Shown piece by piece: positions 1 to 9,993 of a stretch of DNA of 64,000 bases (position 1 is its first letter; each line of letters begins with the position of its first letter). The stretch comes from Syntrophorhabdaceae bacterium (lineage in GTDB: Bacteria; Desulfobacterota; Syntrophorhabdia; Syntrophorhabdales; Syntrophorhabdaceae). The notes beneath the pieces were generated by a model. It was given only the letters and a program-made list of their open reading frames with translations, had not been told where the DNA came from and ran no database searches. The translations under genes and the position numbers were made by a program. Location of the stretch: contig CAXXUO010000001.1 of assembly GCA_963666485.2 (NCBI GenBank), forward strand, positions 1,280,001 to 1,344,000, written 5' to 3'.

Positions 1-59
1 ATGCGAGGGCAAGAAGAAGAATGATTCCTGCAATGGGCGGGATTTTGTGCAAGGGAAGG

Positions 60-989
60 TTAACCTTTTCTTTCCAGGATATACCGTTCCAGGCTTACCG
101 CCGCCACCGCACCGTCCCCCACCGCGGTCGAGATCTGTCGAAGGGTCTTCTTTCGGACATCCCCCGCAGCGTAAAGGCCCGGCGTTCGGGTAGCGCACCT
201 GTCGTCGGTTATGATGTAGCCTGTAGGGTCGCGGTCCACGAGATCTGCCAGGAAGGCCGTGTTCGGCTGATAGCCGACATAGAAGAACACGCCGTTCACG
301 GCGATCGTCCTGCGTCCGCCGGTCACGGTGTCCTCGACCACAAGCCCTTCCACCTCCCGCGTCCCGGTGACCTCCACGGGGCGGGCGTTCCAGACAAATT
401 CCATCCGGGGATTACCAAATGCCCTTTCCTGCAGTATTTTCTGGGCGCGCAGCGAATCGCGGCGATGGATGACGTAGACCTTCTTTACGATATTTGCCAG
501 CGAAAGCGCTTCTTCGATGGCAGAGTCACCTCCGCCGATCACAGCCACATCGAGGCCCCTGAAGAACATTCCGTCACACGTGGCGCAGTAGGATATGCCG
601 CGGCCTGTAAGTTCGCTTTCACCGGGGATCCCGAGTTTTATCGGTTCCGAACCGCTCGCGATAATAAGCCCTTCGGCTGTCATCTCACCGTCATCCAGGC
701 TCACGATAAACCTGTTGTCGGTCTTTTTTATGTCCTTTACTTCGCCGAATTCCCGTATGGGAAGGCCGAATGACCTTGCCTGCGCCGCGAACCTGTCCAT
801 CAGTTCCCTGCCCGCGATGCCCTCCGGAAAACCCGGGTAATTCTCGATGCGCTCCGTATTCAGGGGCGCCCCGCCGGGAAGCATTTTTTCGCACAGAAGC
901 GTTGAAATGCCCGCGCGCATGAGGTACAACCCGGCAGTAAGTCCCGCGGGACCTCCGCCCACGATAAGAGCATCATAATGTTCGGCCAA
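60..989 (-). CDS. trxB: Thioredoxin-disulfide reductase
   Basis: GGGPAG FAD motif, ENYPGF, CATC redox motif, GGGDSA NADPH motif, AAGD; TTG start with AGGAG upstream. Confidence 0.95.
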   Translation of the reverse strand: MAEHYDALIVGGGPAGLTAGLYLMRAGISTLLCEKMLPGGAPLNTERIENYPGFPEGIAGRELMDRFAAQARSFGLPIREFGEVKDIKKTDNRFIVSLDDGEMTAEGLIIASGSEPIKLGIPGESELTGRGISYCATCDGMFFRGLDVAVIGGGDSAIEEALSLANIVKKVYVIHRRDSLRAQKILQERAFGNPRMEFVWNARPVEVTGTREVEGLVVEDTVTGGRRTIAVNGVFFYVGYQPNTAFLADLVDRDPTGYIITDDRCATRTPGLYAAGDVRKKTLRQISTAVGDGAVAAVSLERYILERKG

Positions 990-1072
990 TCAAAACTCCT
1001 GATAAAACAAAGGTTTTCTTAAACCGGGCCAAATCCCAATGTTTCTCATTGTAAGGAATCCACGGTCAATAT

Positions 1073-1852
1073 TCAATGCAATTTTCGCCTTTCGGTGCAT
1101 TCGACAGTGCAATTCCGGCACATGAGGGCGGCGTTATGCGTTTCAAAGAACCTGCGCGGATGCCGCCGGTAAAGATATTCCCACTGGAAGACAACGATGA
1201 TGGACACCGCCAGTATCGACCAGGTCCAGAAAGACGGGATGAAGACGAGCGGCGAGAACGCCATGATGTAACCCCAGTTGTTTATCCGGCACGTGCTGCA
1301 GCACTTTCCTTTTGCAAGCAATTTAAAAGGGCAGACAACGCTCACGCAGAACTGGTCCATGAAGACGAAGAACAGGACCGTTATGTAGATCCACGTGTCG
1401 TTGAACATGCCGACAGTGCGCCACAGGAGCATGTCGGCGAGGAGGAGAAGCCAGTAAAAAGCGGATTTCAGCGCGCCCCGGTCTGCCATTGCCTTCAGGC
1501 GGCGCAGTTGTTCTTCGCGTACGGGCGTGATGCGGTCCGCTTCGATATAGAACCTTCCAAAGATCTTTCGCGATGATATCTTCTTGTTGTACCGGGGTAT
1601 CATGCGTTTGATGAGTATAAAGACGGCAAGCGCCCACAGGAGATGGTAGACCCGGACGGGCCCTGCCGGCGGGAATGTAAAAAAAGCAGCAAGGGCATCG
1701 GGACGGAATATGCCGATGAGCCCGACGAAGACCACGACGCCTGCCTTTATGGAGAATTCTTTCTTCTCCGGCATCCCGGTGTTTCGCGCACGTGTGCCCG
1801 CGGCAGCGCCGGGGTCGAACTGTACGGTCTCTGATCGCGCCGATTGCTTCAT
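1073..1852 (-). CDS. Hypothetical integral membrane protein with Cys clusters
   Basis: Several hydrophobic segments; CPF..KCCSTC and CRNCTVEC motifs; ATG overlaps the upstream stop (ATGA at 1849-1852). Confidence 0.75.
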   Translation of the reverse strand: MKQSARSETVQFDPGAAAGTRARNTGMPEKKEFSIKAGVVVFVGLIGIFRPDALAAFFTFPPAGPVRVYHLLWALAVFILIKRMIPRYNKKISSRKIFGRFYIEADRITPVREEQLRRLKAMADRGALKSAFYWLLLLADMLLWRTVGMFNDTWIYITVLFFVFMDQFCVSVVCPFKLLAKGKCCSTCRINNWGYIMAFSPLVFIPSFWTWSILAVSIIVVFQWEYLYRRHPRRFFETHNAALMCRNCTVECTERRKLH

Positions 1853-3006
1853 TTTCCCGGCCTGGCCTCTTTCAGAAAGGCGGCGTTCCCGTCGCCAAGG
1901 ATAAGCGTATACGGCCCTTCACCCGCGTGGTACATGTATCGTACCTGAATATAATACGTGCCGGCCGGCAGGTCTTTCTCGATATAAAAATCCTTCCCGG
2001 CGTCCTGGCCGCTGCGGGCCAACATATTCCCGCGGGAATCCCACAGGTCCGCAACGATATCGAGGTTCCCGCGCGAAGCGACCCTCATTTTACCGCCGGG
2101 AAAGTCGAAACGGAATGTATCATAGTCGTTCCTGTCGATATATGCCTCGATGGTCGCATTATAGGGGACGAGCGCCGCGTCCGCCGATGTCCGGCCCGCT
2201 TCTTTGATAGTGCCTGACTTCGGCGGGACCGTCGCCGGCCGGTCCGGTTTCGGGGTTTGGGGGGTACCGGGTGATGGACCGGGGATCACCGCGGAGCCCT
2301 GCGGCTTTTGAGGGGTTGTTCCCGGCTGAGCGGGTGTCGCGGTGCTGACCGTTGCCGGCTGGGTTTCTCCCGGAATGTTGGTCAAAAGGAAAGGGTAAGG
2401 TTTGATACTTCCGCTCACCCTTTTGCCGGATTTCTTAACTTCATCGTCGGAATCCGGCGGTGTCTTCAGCATGATCCGGGTCGACGCACCCGGCTTGCTG
2501 AAAACGAAGGTCACATAGAGATTGTTGTGTTCACTTTGCGCTGCTATCGTGAGGTTGTACCGTATGAGGTCGCACGAGACGTTCTCATTCCGGAGTATCG
2601 GCCAGGGCTGTTGCCCCCGTGTAACGAAGGTCCGGGTGAAGCCCTCCGACCGGCCGTAGGACGCAGTATAATTCGTGAGCGGCGTATCCCCGTCAAGGTA
2701 TACCCAGATCTTGGTCCCGTCTGACGGTGCGGGGTGGCAATCATACAGCGTATATTCTTGCCCCGGCGTCACTATGAAACGTCCAACCCTGACATAATCA
2801 GGCACCTTCTGACTTTCATAGGAACAGCGCGACAACAGCTTTTTCGGGGCGGTCGTCCGGTTGAGCGGGGCATCAGGCGCTTTTATGGTCACCATGGTAT
2901 TGAGAGGCAGGACCTCGGCGGTCATCTGGCCGCGGACGGAAGAGGGCAGGCACGCGAGAGTTGTTAAGAACGCTAGAAGCGCAGTCAGTAATATGATCTT
3001 TTTCAT
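1849..3006 (-). CDS. Secreted protein with Pro/Thr-rich linker and C-terminal PPC-like beta domain
   Basis: Signal-peptide-like MKKIILLTALLAF (start set at 3006); P/T-rich linker; DYDTFRF...LPAGTYYIQV...GPYTL resembles pre-peptidase C-terminal domains. Confidence 0.7.
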   Translation of the reverse strand: MKKIILLTALLAFLTTLACLPSSVRGQMTAEVLPLNTMVTIKAPDAPLNRTTAPKKLLSRCSYESQKVPDYVRVGRFIVTPGQEYTLYDCHPAPSDGTKIWVYLDGDTPLTNYTASYGRSEGFTRTFVTRGQQPWPILRNENVSCDLIRYNLTIAAQSEHNNLYVTFVFSKPGASTRIMLKTPPDSDDEVKKSGKRVSGSIKPYPFLLTNIPGETQPATVSTATPAQPGTTPQKPQGSAVIPGPSPGTPQTPKPDRPATVPPKSGTIKEAGRTSADAALVPYNATIEAYIDRNDYDTFRFDFPGGKMRVASRGNLDIVADLWDSRGNMLARSGQDAGKDFYIEKDLPAGTYYIQVRYMYHAGEGPYTLILGDGNAAFLKEARPGK

Positions 3007-3106
3007 AGGCACCCTCGATTCTAAAATGCGTTGTGAACGTTTAAAGGTCATTCTGCGGCAAGGATACCTAAAGGCTGCCCTGTATGTCAAGGCATGTATG
3101 GAGAAA

Positions 3107-3182
3107 TGGAGCGGGCAACGGGGCTCGAACCCGCGGCATCAAGCTTGGGAAGCTTGCACTCTACCAGCTGAGTTATGCCCGC
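3107..3182 (-). tRNA. tRNA-Gly (anticodon CCC)
   Basis: Reverse complement GCGGGCATAACTCAGCTGGTAGAGTGCAAGCTTCCCAAGCTTGATGCCGCGGGTTCGAGCCCCGTTGCCCGCTCCA: cloverleaf, TTCGA T-loop, encoded CCA. Confidence 0.96.
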
Positions 3183-3206
3183 CTGACAACATTGTAAATG
3201 AAACGG

Positions 3207-3282
3207 AGGCGATAGGCAAGAGGCAATGGGCAAGGAAATTTTTCAGTGCTGCCCCATCGCCCATCGCCCATCGCCTATAGCC
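3207..3282. repeat. Inverted heptamer arrays (AGGCAAT/AGGCGAT type)
   Basis: aggcgat-aggcaag-aggcaat-gggcaag facing cccatcg x3-cctatag. Confidence 0.75.
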
Positions 3283-3290
3283 CGTCTTTT

Positions 3291-4841
3291 TCAGCTTTTT
3301 CTATTGTACCCGAACCTCTCTTCGAACACCGGGGCAACGAGGTTATCGATCGGGGCGTAGTCATCCCTGATCACGATCGCATCCTTCCTGTTGATAAACT
3401 CATCCATCAGCTGATCCGGAACGACGGCCGAGGTCGCACGCTTGCCAAGGCTTTCCTTCAGGAATGCCTGAAACCCCGCGATGTCGAAATTGCCATTCCC
3501 GGCAATAACGATAAACGTGCTTATCTGGACATTCCTGAAATTCGGGGTCACGGAGATCAGGTACACGTTCTTCTGCCCGAAAACTTCACGCAGTGTTTTT
3601 ATGTATGACGGGAGGAAAAGTCCCCTCTGAAAATTATCGATAATGTTCGACATGAGGATCGCGTCAGGGTTCATTCTATCCTTGATCTGCTGGAGAAATT
3701 CCTTTGTCGTGAGATGATAGGGGATCGAAATGTCGTTGTAGGCATCGGTAAAGACGAGATCATATTTTTCCGTGCAGTTCATGACGAACCACCTGCCGTC
3801 CGTATTGTAAGTGACGATCCTCGTATTCTTCGGAAGACCGAGGTGGTCGTACACAACTTTTGTCACGTGAGGGTCGATCTCAACGACATCTATTTTTGAT
3901 TTCGGATACATTACCTCCATGTAACGGGGAAAGGTGTAGCCCCCGCCCCCGATCGTGAGGCTCTTGAACGGCGTATCCGGGTCGAACTTCCATTTGAGCA
4001 CGTCGGCATAGATCCGCTCGTACTCGTACTCTATGTGCGTCGGGTCCTTGAGGTTCACATAAGAATGGATGAGATTGTCGAGGACCATCGCGTCGAGTTC
4101 TGTTTCCTTGTCGGAGCTCATGGTCTTGGAGAGCTTTATCGTGTAATAATCGCTTTCCTTATAGTAATAGGTTTTGCCGCTCAGGGGAACGTTGTAAAGA
4201 TATGTCTGGATGAAGAAAAGGCATACGGCGGCGACAACGATAAAGATCGCCATGCTCGCCTTCTTCCGGAAAAGGGAGCCGGACAGGAGCGCCGCCGCTA
4301 TCAGGATTATTCCCATCACGAGAACGATCGTCCGCGTTCCCATCCAGGAGATCAGGAAGAACCCGGTCACGAACGTACCGATAATAGCGCCCAGGGTTGA
4401 AAGGGCGTAGATCTTGCCTATCGTGTTGCCGGCATTCTCGACATTCTTTAGCGTCAGCCGGACGACGACCGGGGAGATCGTCCCGATAACACAGCCCGGC
4501 ACAAAGAAAATTATCGAAGTAATGATGAAGATGCGTGCCATCAGTGAGACGGGGAACCGGTACGCCGCAACGGCATGGGTGAGGGGAATGATGGTGAGGG
4601 CCGTCACCCCCGACAGAAGCAGAAGCCAGCCGAGCGTCTTTCGCGTTGGGAACCGGTCAACGAGCTGGCCGCCTATGAAGGCGCCGACGCTGATGCCCGC
4701 CAGGATAACGCCTATGATGCTTGTCCACGTATAGATCGAAACCCCGACAAAAGGCGCCAGGATGCGTCCCGCCACCATTTCAATGACAAGGCTGCAGAAG
4801 CTCGCGGTGAAGGTGATGATGTAGGCCTCGAGAAGAGTCAT
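3291..4841 (-). CDS. Fused membrane/spermidine synthase-like methyltransferase
   Basis: N-terminal TM region (EMVAGRILAPFVG); C-terminal IGGGGY, VEIDP, DGR and DAY SAM-fold motifs. Confidence 0.88.
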   Translation of the reverse strand: MTLLEAYIITFTASFCSLVIEMVAGRILAPFVGVSIYTWTSIIGVILAGISVGAFIGGQLVDRFPTRKTLGWLLLLSGVTALTIIPLTHAVAAYRFPVSLMARIFIITSIIFFVPGCVIGTISPVVVRLTLKNVENAGNTIGKIYALSTLGAIIGTFVTGFFLISWMGTRTIVLVMGIILIAAALLSGSLFRKKASMAIFIVVAAVCLFFIQTYLYNVPLSGKTYYYKESDYYTIKLSKTMSSDKETELDAMVLDNLIHSYVNLKDPTHIEYEYERIYADVLKWKFDPDTPFKSLTIGGGGYTFPRYMEVMYPKSKIDVVEIDPHVTKVVYDHLGLPKNTRIVTYNTDGRWFVMNCTEKYDLVFTDAYNDISIPYHLTTKEFLQQIKDRMNPDAILMSNIIDNFQRGLFLPSYIKTLREVFGQKNVYLISVTPNFRNVQISTFIVIAGNGNFDIAGFQAFLKESLGKRATSAVVPDQLMDEFINRKDAIVIRDDYAPIDNLVAPVFEERFGYNRKS

Positions 4842-5051
4842 GTGCCCGTCCTCCCTGAATACGATTGGATTTCATTTTGTACCAGCTGCCGATAAAGATT
4901 AGGCCCGGAACATAATACTAAATAGTATCCCCCTTGTTTTGTCAAAGAAATTAAGCATACGAGATACCGCCGCATCGGCAGTATCGCCCGGTATGACGGC
5001 AATGAAGGAAAAATTGTACAACAGCCGATTTTATACTATATTATTCTCGAT

Positions 5052-5732
5052 ATGAAGGTACTTGTCGTCGAAGATGAGATCAAGGTCTCTAATTTTATCA
5101 TGCGGGGCCTCGAAGAGGAAGGATACACCGTCGACGTCGCCGAGGATGGTAAAAAAGGCCTCGAACTCATCAAAACACAAGAGTACGACATCGTGCTTCT
5201 CGATCTCATGATCCCCGAGATAGACGGGCTCGAGGTCCTGAAAAGGATGCGGCAGGAAGGGATCGAGACGCCCGTTCTGATCATCACCGCCAAGAGCACG
5301 AAGGAAGACGTCATAAAAGGGCTCGATACCGGCAGCGACGATTACCTCACGAAGCCCTTCTCTTTCGACGAGCTCCTCGCCCGGATCCGTGCGCTCCTGC
5401 GCAGGAGCCGCAAGGCAGTCCAGCTTACTCTCGAGTACCGGGAAATGGTCCTCAACCCGTACAACAGGAGACTGTCGGTCGGGGACAACGAGACAGAGCT
5501 TACCGAGAAAGAGTTTCTCATCATGGAATACATGATGCGCAATTGCGAAAGGCCTCTCACGCGAAAAGAGATGGCCGAGTATGCATGGCAAAGTCAGGAT
5601 GATTCTTCGAACATCGTCGACGTCTACGTTAACTTTTTGCGAAAGAAGATCGAGCTGCTGACGGACAGGAAATTCATACACACGGTCCGCGGAGTGGGTT
5701 ACGTCCTCAAAGAAGATAATGAAAAGCTTTAA
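5052..5732 (+). CDS. OmpR-family response regulator
   Basis: VVEDE, LDLMIP, DDYLTKPF receiver motifs; HTVRGVGY winged helix. Confidence 0.95.
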   Translation: MKVLVVEDEIKVSNFIMRGLEEEGYTVDVAEDGKKGLELIKTQEYDIVLLDLMIPEIDGLEVLKRMRQEGIETPVLIITAKSTKEDVIKGLDTGSDDYLTKPFSFDELLARIRALLRRSRKAVQLTLEYREMVLNPYNRRLSVGDNETELTEKEFLIMEYMMRNCERPLTRKEMAEYAWQSQDDSSNIVDVYVNFLRKKIELLTDRKFIHTVRGVGYVLKEDNEKL

Positions 5733-7122
5733 TCTTCCTATTAAATGGAAATTAACCCTCTGGTACGGCGGCATCCTCGCATTGATCCTGGTTGCCTTTT
5801 GCGGTTTCGTCTACACATACTTCCAGAACAGCCTTCAGAAAAGCATCGATACCAAGATAAAATCCATCGCCGAGGTGCTTTCCTCGTCCATGACCGAGAC
5901 CCACAGCCAGAGCCTCTTCGGCAATTTTGAGCGCTATCTCGAAAATACCCTCGGCAAGAAGCCAAAGGGAAAGTTCATCCAGATCATCGACGCGTCCGGC
6001 AAGATCGGGGCAAGGCTCAACGACCTCGAGGCGGAAGCGGTGCCCGTGAGCTTTACCACCCTCGAGAGGGCGTTAAGGGGAGAGATCGTCTACGAGACGA
6101 TAGAGACGGCGCGCCCGCGGTTGCGCATGATCACCATGCCGATCCTCGAGAACAAGAAGGTGACCAGCATCGTCCAGGTCGGTTCGTCCCTCGAGGAGTT
6201 CGAGGACACGATGAAGCGCCTCCTTATAATAATGATAGTCAGCATATTTACTGCCACGGGCGGAACGATAATCGTCGGGTACTTTATGGCGAAGAAGACC
6301 ATGAAGCCCGTTGACCAGATACGCAGGACGGCCGTGAAGATATCGTCGAGCAACCTCGACGAAAGGATCGAGCTGAAAGGCCGCAAGGACGAACTGGGCC
6401 GTCTCGCCGAAACATTCAACGCAATGATCGCGCGCCTCAAGGATTCTTTCCAGAGGATCAACCAGTTCAGTATCGACGTCTCGCACGAACTGAAAACCCC
6501 GCTCACGATATTGAAGGGGGAGACGGAACTGGCCCTGAGAAAAGAAAGGACAAACGAGGAATACAGGAAATCCCTGGAGAGCAACCTCGAAGAGATCGAC
6601 AGGATGAGCCACATTATCGATGACCTGCTCCTGCTCTCGAAGGCGGAGACGAAGGACATACGCTTGAACCTCGACAAGGTCGACCTCAGGGACCTGCTCG
6701 CGGATGTGTGCCTCAATATGAAGATCTTCGGCGAGAACAAAGGGGTGGAAATAATAGTGAGGGACCTGGAGGATATCCGGATAATCGGGGACGAGCTCAA
6801 GCTTCGCAGAATGATCACGAATGTCGTGGAGAACGGCATAAAATACGGGCATACCGGCGGGTTCGTGGCCGTGTCCTCGTATAAGCAGAATGGCTATGCC
6901 TGCATAAACGTAAAAGACGACGGGCCGGGCATATCGTCCGGGGACATCAAATTCATCTTCGACAGGTTTTACCGTGCGGACCGGTCGCGCAAGCGCGAGA
7001 GCGGCAGCGGCCTTGGGCTCTCCATAAGCAAGTGGATAGCAGAGGCCCATAACGGGTCCATCGAGGTCGAGTCGAAGCCCGCGGCGGGAAGTCTTTTCAT
7101 CATAAAATTACCCATGTCTTGA
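5719..7122 (+). CDS. HAMP-domain sensor histidine kinase
   Basis: Two TM helices, HAMP (DELGRLAETFN), H-box SHELKTPL, N/G1/F/G2 boxes. Confidence 0.95.
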   Translation: MKSFNLPIKWKLTLWYGGILALILVAFCGFVYTYFQNSLQKSIDTKIKSIAEVLSSSMTETHSQSLFGNFERYLENTLGKKPKGKFIQIIDASGKIGARLNDLEAEAVPVSFTTLERALRGEIVYETIETARPRLRMITMPILENKKVTSIVQVGSSLEEFEDTMKRLLIIMIVSIFTATGGTIIVGYFMAKKTMKPVDQIRRTAVKISSSNLDERIELKGRKDELGRLAETFNAMIARLKDSFQRINQFSIDVSHELKTPLTILKGETELALRKERTNEEYRKSLESNLEEIDRMSHIIDDLLLLSKAETKDIRLNLDKVDLRDLLADVCLNMKIFGENKGVEIIVRDLEDIRIIGDELKLRRMITNVVENGIKYGHTGGFVAVSSYKQNGYACINVKDDGPGISSGDIKFIFDRFYRADRSRKRESGSGLGLSISKWIAEAHNGSIEVESKPAAGSLFIIKLPMS

Positions 7123-7135
7123 TGGAGGTTCTTGT

Positions 7136-8599
7136 ATGAAGAACAAACGACTTGTTGTGACCGTTTGTATTCTGATCATTGCGGCCATTAGTTTCGCATA
7201 TGTCAGGGCGCAGGTAGCTACTGACAAACGGCCGGCACCGGAAGTCGCCCAGAACATACGGGGCGCGGCGGCGATGGGCAACGGGCTGCCGTCTTTTGCA
7301 GGTCTTGTCAACCAGGCGAAGCCTTCAATAGTCAATATCAGCACGACGGCTGTCATAAAGGGCCCGGGGGGCCAGGGGCCTTTCGTGGGCCCGAACAACC
7401 CGTTCAAGGACTTTTTTGGCGACGATTTCTTCGACAAGTTTTTCAACAACGGGCCGCGCCGGGAATACAAGCAGCGGAGCCTTGGTTCCGGCTTTATCAT
7501 CGATAAGGAAGGCTATATACTGACGAACAATCACGTTGTCGAGAAGGCATCGACGATCAAGGTAAAACTGTCTGACGAAAAAGAGTATGACGCAAAGATC
7601 ATCGGCCGCGACCCCAAGACGGATATAGCCCTGATAAAGATCGATGTCCGGCAGTCCCTGCCGGTCGCCGTGCTCGGCGACTCTGAAAACCTGCAGGTGG
7701 GGGATTGGGTCGTTGCGATAGGCAACCCGTTCGGCCTTGAGCATACGGTCACGGCCGGGATCGTGAGCGCAAAAGGCAGGATCATCGGTGCGGGGCCTTA
7801 TGACGAGTTCATCCAGACGGACGCCTCGATCAATCCCGGCAACAGCGGAGGACCTCTTTTAAACCTCAAGGGCGAGGTGGTCGGCATAAACACGGCTATC
7901 GTTTCAGGCGGCCAGGGCATCGGTTTCGCCATCCCCATCAACGTTGCACGGGACATGCTCGCGCAGCTCAAGAGCAAGGGCAAGGTAGCGCGCGGCTGGC
8001 TCGGGATAGTCATCCAGAAGATAACCCCCGAGATCGCGAAAAGCTTCGGTATAACACAGTCGGAAGGTGCGCTGGTTGCGGATGTCATGGAAAACAGCCC
8101 TGCGGAAAAGGCCGGCATCAGGAGGGGCGACCTGATCATCTCGTATAACGGGAAGAAGGTCAAAGACAACGACACCCTGCCCCGGCTTGTCGCGGCGACC
8201 GAGATAGGCAAGAAGGCGAAGATCGTCCTTATCAGGGACAAAAAACAGATGGAAGTCGACGTGGTCGTGGGTGAGCTCCAGGATGAAGCGCTCAAGGTGA
8301 AGAAGACAGAGGTAGAAAAAGACATCGGGCTCGTTGTTCAGGATATCACGCCGGAGGTGGCCAAGCACCTGAACCTGAAAAAGGATGTGCGCGGTGTCAT
8401 TGTGACCGATGTTTTGCCCGGTTCCCCCGCCCAGGATGCGGACATCCGCTCGGGAGACGTTATCAGGGAGATCGGCAGGAGGCCGGTACGCAGCGTCGCC
8501 GAATTCAAGAACGCCTTGAAAAATTCCAATATCAAGGAAGGCATCGTGATTCTTATCCAGAGGGATAACACGACCTTCTACGCCGTTATCCGCCAGTAA
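7136..8599 (+). CDS. DegP/DegQ (Do-family) periplasmic serine protease
   Basis: GSGFII, TNNHVV, GNSGGPL catalytic motifs; two PDZ domains; signal peptide. Confidence 0.95.
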   Translation: MKNKRLVVTVCILIIAAISFAYVRAQVATDKRPAPEVAQNIRGAAAMGNGLPSFAGLVNQAKPSIVNISTTAVIKGPGGQGPFVGPNNPFKDFFGDDFFDKFFNNGPRREYKQRSLGSGFIIDKEGYILTNNHVVEKASTIKVKLSDEKEYDAKIIGRDPKTDIALIKIDVRQSLPVAVLGDSENLQVGDWVVAIGNPFGLEHTVTAGIVSAKGRIIGAGPYDEFIQTDASINPGNSGGPLLNLKGEVVGINTAIVSGGQGIGFAIPINVARDMLAQLKSKGKVARGWLGIVIQKITPEIAKSFGITQSEGALVADVMENSPAEKAGIRRGDLIISYNGKKVKDNDTLPRLVAATEIGKKAKIVLIRDKKQMEVDVVVGELQDEALKVKKTEVEKDIGLVVQDITPEVAKHLNLKKDVRGVIVTDVLPGSPAQDADIRSGDVIREIGRRPVRSVAEFKNALKNSNIKEGIVILIQRDNTTFYAVIRQ

Positions 8600-8613
8600 A
8601 CGAACTTCTTTCA

Positions 8614-8650
8614 GGGGTCCTGCACCGCATTACGTACGGCGCAGGACCCC
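8614..8650. terminator. Stem-loop, possible terminator
   Basis: ggggtcctgc...gcaggacccc 10-bp stem just after the protease stop; weak T-tract. Confidence 0.55.
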
Positions 8651-8744
8651 CATATTTATTAACAATTCTGAAAACTTACCACGCAAAACTTAAGAGCATG
8701 ACGGAACTTATGCGACCCAAGCATCCGTTAATGTAATTTTTTCT

Positions 8745-8772
8745 TTGCAAAAAAAATTTTATTATGTATTAT
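8745..8772 (+). promoter_or_regulatory. Putative sigma70 promoter of pilC
   Basis: TTGCAA-16 nt-TATTAT, 6 nt before the ATG; no Shine-Dalgarno visible. Confidence 0.4.
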
Positions 8773-8778
8773 TGAGTC

Positions 8779-9981
8779 ATGCCCCAATATCAATGGGAAG
8801 GGAAGACAGTTTCAGGCGAAACGCAGAAGGGCAGCACGAAGGCCGCATCGGTAGACCAGTTGCGCGCTCTCTTGAGACGAGACGGGATCATCCTTGGAAA
8901 TGCTGTTGAAAGCAAGGAAAAAGAATTCAAGTTCAATCCCAAAAAGAAGATAAAGAACCTTGAGATCCTGCTCTTCACCCGCCAGCTTTCAACCATGATC
9001 ACATCGGGGCTCCCGCTCGTGCAGTCCCTCGATATCCTGGGAAATCAGATCGAAGACCAGCACTTCAAGGGCATGGTAAAAGATATCAAGGAAAAAATCG
9101 AAGGCGGCTCCCGCTTTGCGGATGCATTGAGGGATTATCCGCAATGCTTCGACGAACTGTTCATCAACCTCGTCGTCGCCGGCGAAGAAGGCGGCCTTCT
9201 CGACAACGTCCTCCAGAGGCTTGCCATTTATATTGAAAAATCGGAAAAGCTGAAGAAGAAGGTAAAAAGCGCAATGATCTATCCGGTCGCGATCATTGTC
9301 GTTGCCCTCGTCGTCGTGATCGTCCTGCTTCTTTTCGTCATACCCGTTTTCGAAAAGATGTTTAAGGAAATGGGTGCCGAACTGCCCACTCCCACGGTGG
9401 TCGTCATCAAGATGAGCCAGTTCATGCAAACGTACTGGTATATCATCATCGGTTCTATCGTCGGCCTGGTCGTCGCCTTTAAGTATTATTACAAGACAGA
9501 GAACGGCCACCGCAGCATGGACCGTCTCATGCTGAAGCTTCCCCTGTTCGGGGTCCTCACCATCAAGGCATCCGTTGCCCGCGTAACAAGAACGCTGGCG
9601 ACACTCCTCATGAGCGGCGTCGCCATCCTCGAAAGCATGCTGATCGTTGCCAAGGTCGCCGGCAACAAGATCGTCGAAGAGGCGCTCATGGTTGCGCGTG
9701 CACGGATCAGTGAAGGCCGGACCATGGCGGAGCCCCTCGAACAGGCCGGTATCTTTCCCCCGATGGTCGTCCAGATGGTCCAGGTCGGAGAGTCTACCGG
9801 CGCCCTCGACAGCATGCTCAACAAGATCGCCGATTTTTACGAGGAAGATGTTGACAACCTGGTGACAAACCTCACCGCCATGATGGAGCCCATGATCATG
9901 GTCTTCCTCGGCGTCGTCCTCGGCGGCCTCATCATCGCAATGTACCTCCCGATCTTCAAACTCGGCCAAGCTGTCGGATAA
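8779..9981 (+). CDS. pilC: Type IV pilus / T2SS inner-membrane platform protein (PilC/GspF family)
   Basis: FTRQLSTMITSG, AGEEGG, KVKSAMIYP, VGESTG, AMYLPIF motifs. Confidence 0.92.
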   Translation: MPQYQWEGKTVSGETQKGSTKAASVDQLRALLRRDGIILGNAVESKEKEFKFNPKKKIKNLEILLFTRQLSTMITSGLPLVQSLDILGNQIEDQHFKGMVKDIKEKIEGGSRFADALRDYPQCFDELFINLVVAGEEGGLLDNVLQRLAIYIEKSEKLKKKVKSAMIYPVAIIVVALVVVIVLLLFVIPVFEKMFKEMGAELPTPTVVVIKMSQFMQTYWYIIIGSIVGLVVAFKYYYKTENGHRSMDRLMLKLPLFGVLTIKASVARVTRTLATLLMSGVAILESMLIVAKVAGNKIVEEALMVARARISEGRTMAEPLEQAGIFPPMVVQMVQVGESTGALDSMLNKIADFYEEDVDNLVTNLTAMMEPMIMVFLGVVLGGLIIAMYLPIFKLGQAVG

Positions 9982-9993
9982 AGCAAAAAGACC

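Noticed and set aside
3107..3182. tRNA-Gly as an integration site of a genomic island
   Set aside because: No integrase and no duplicated tRNA 3' end seen in the window
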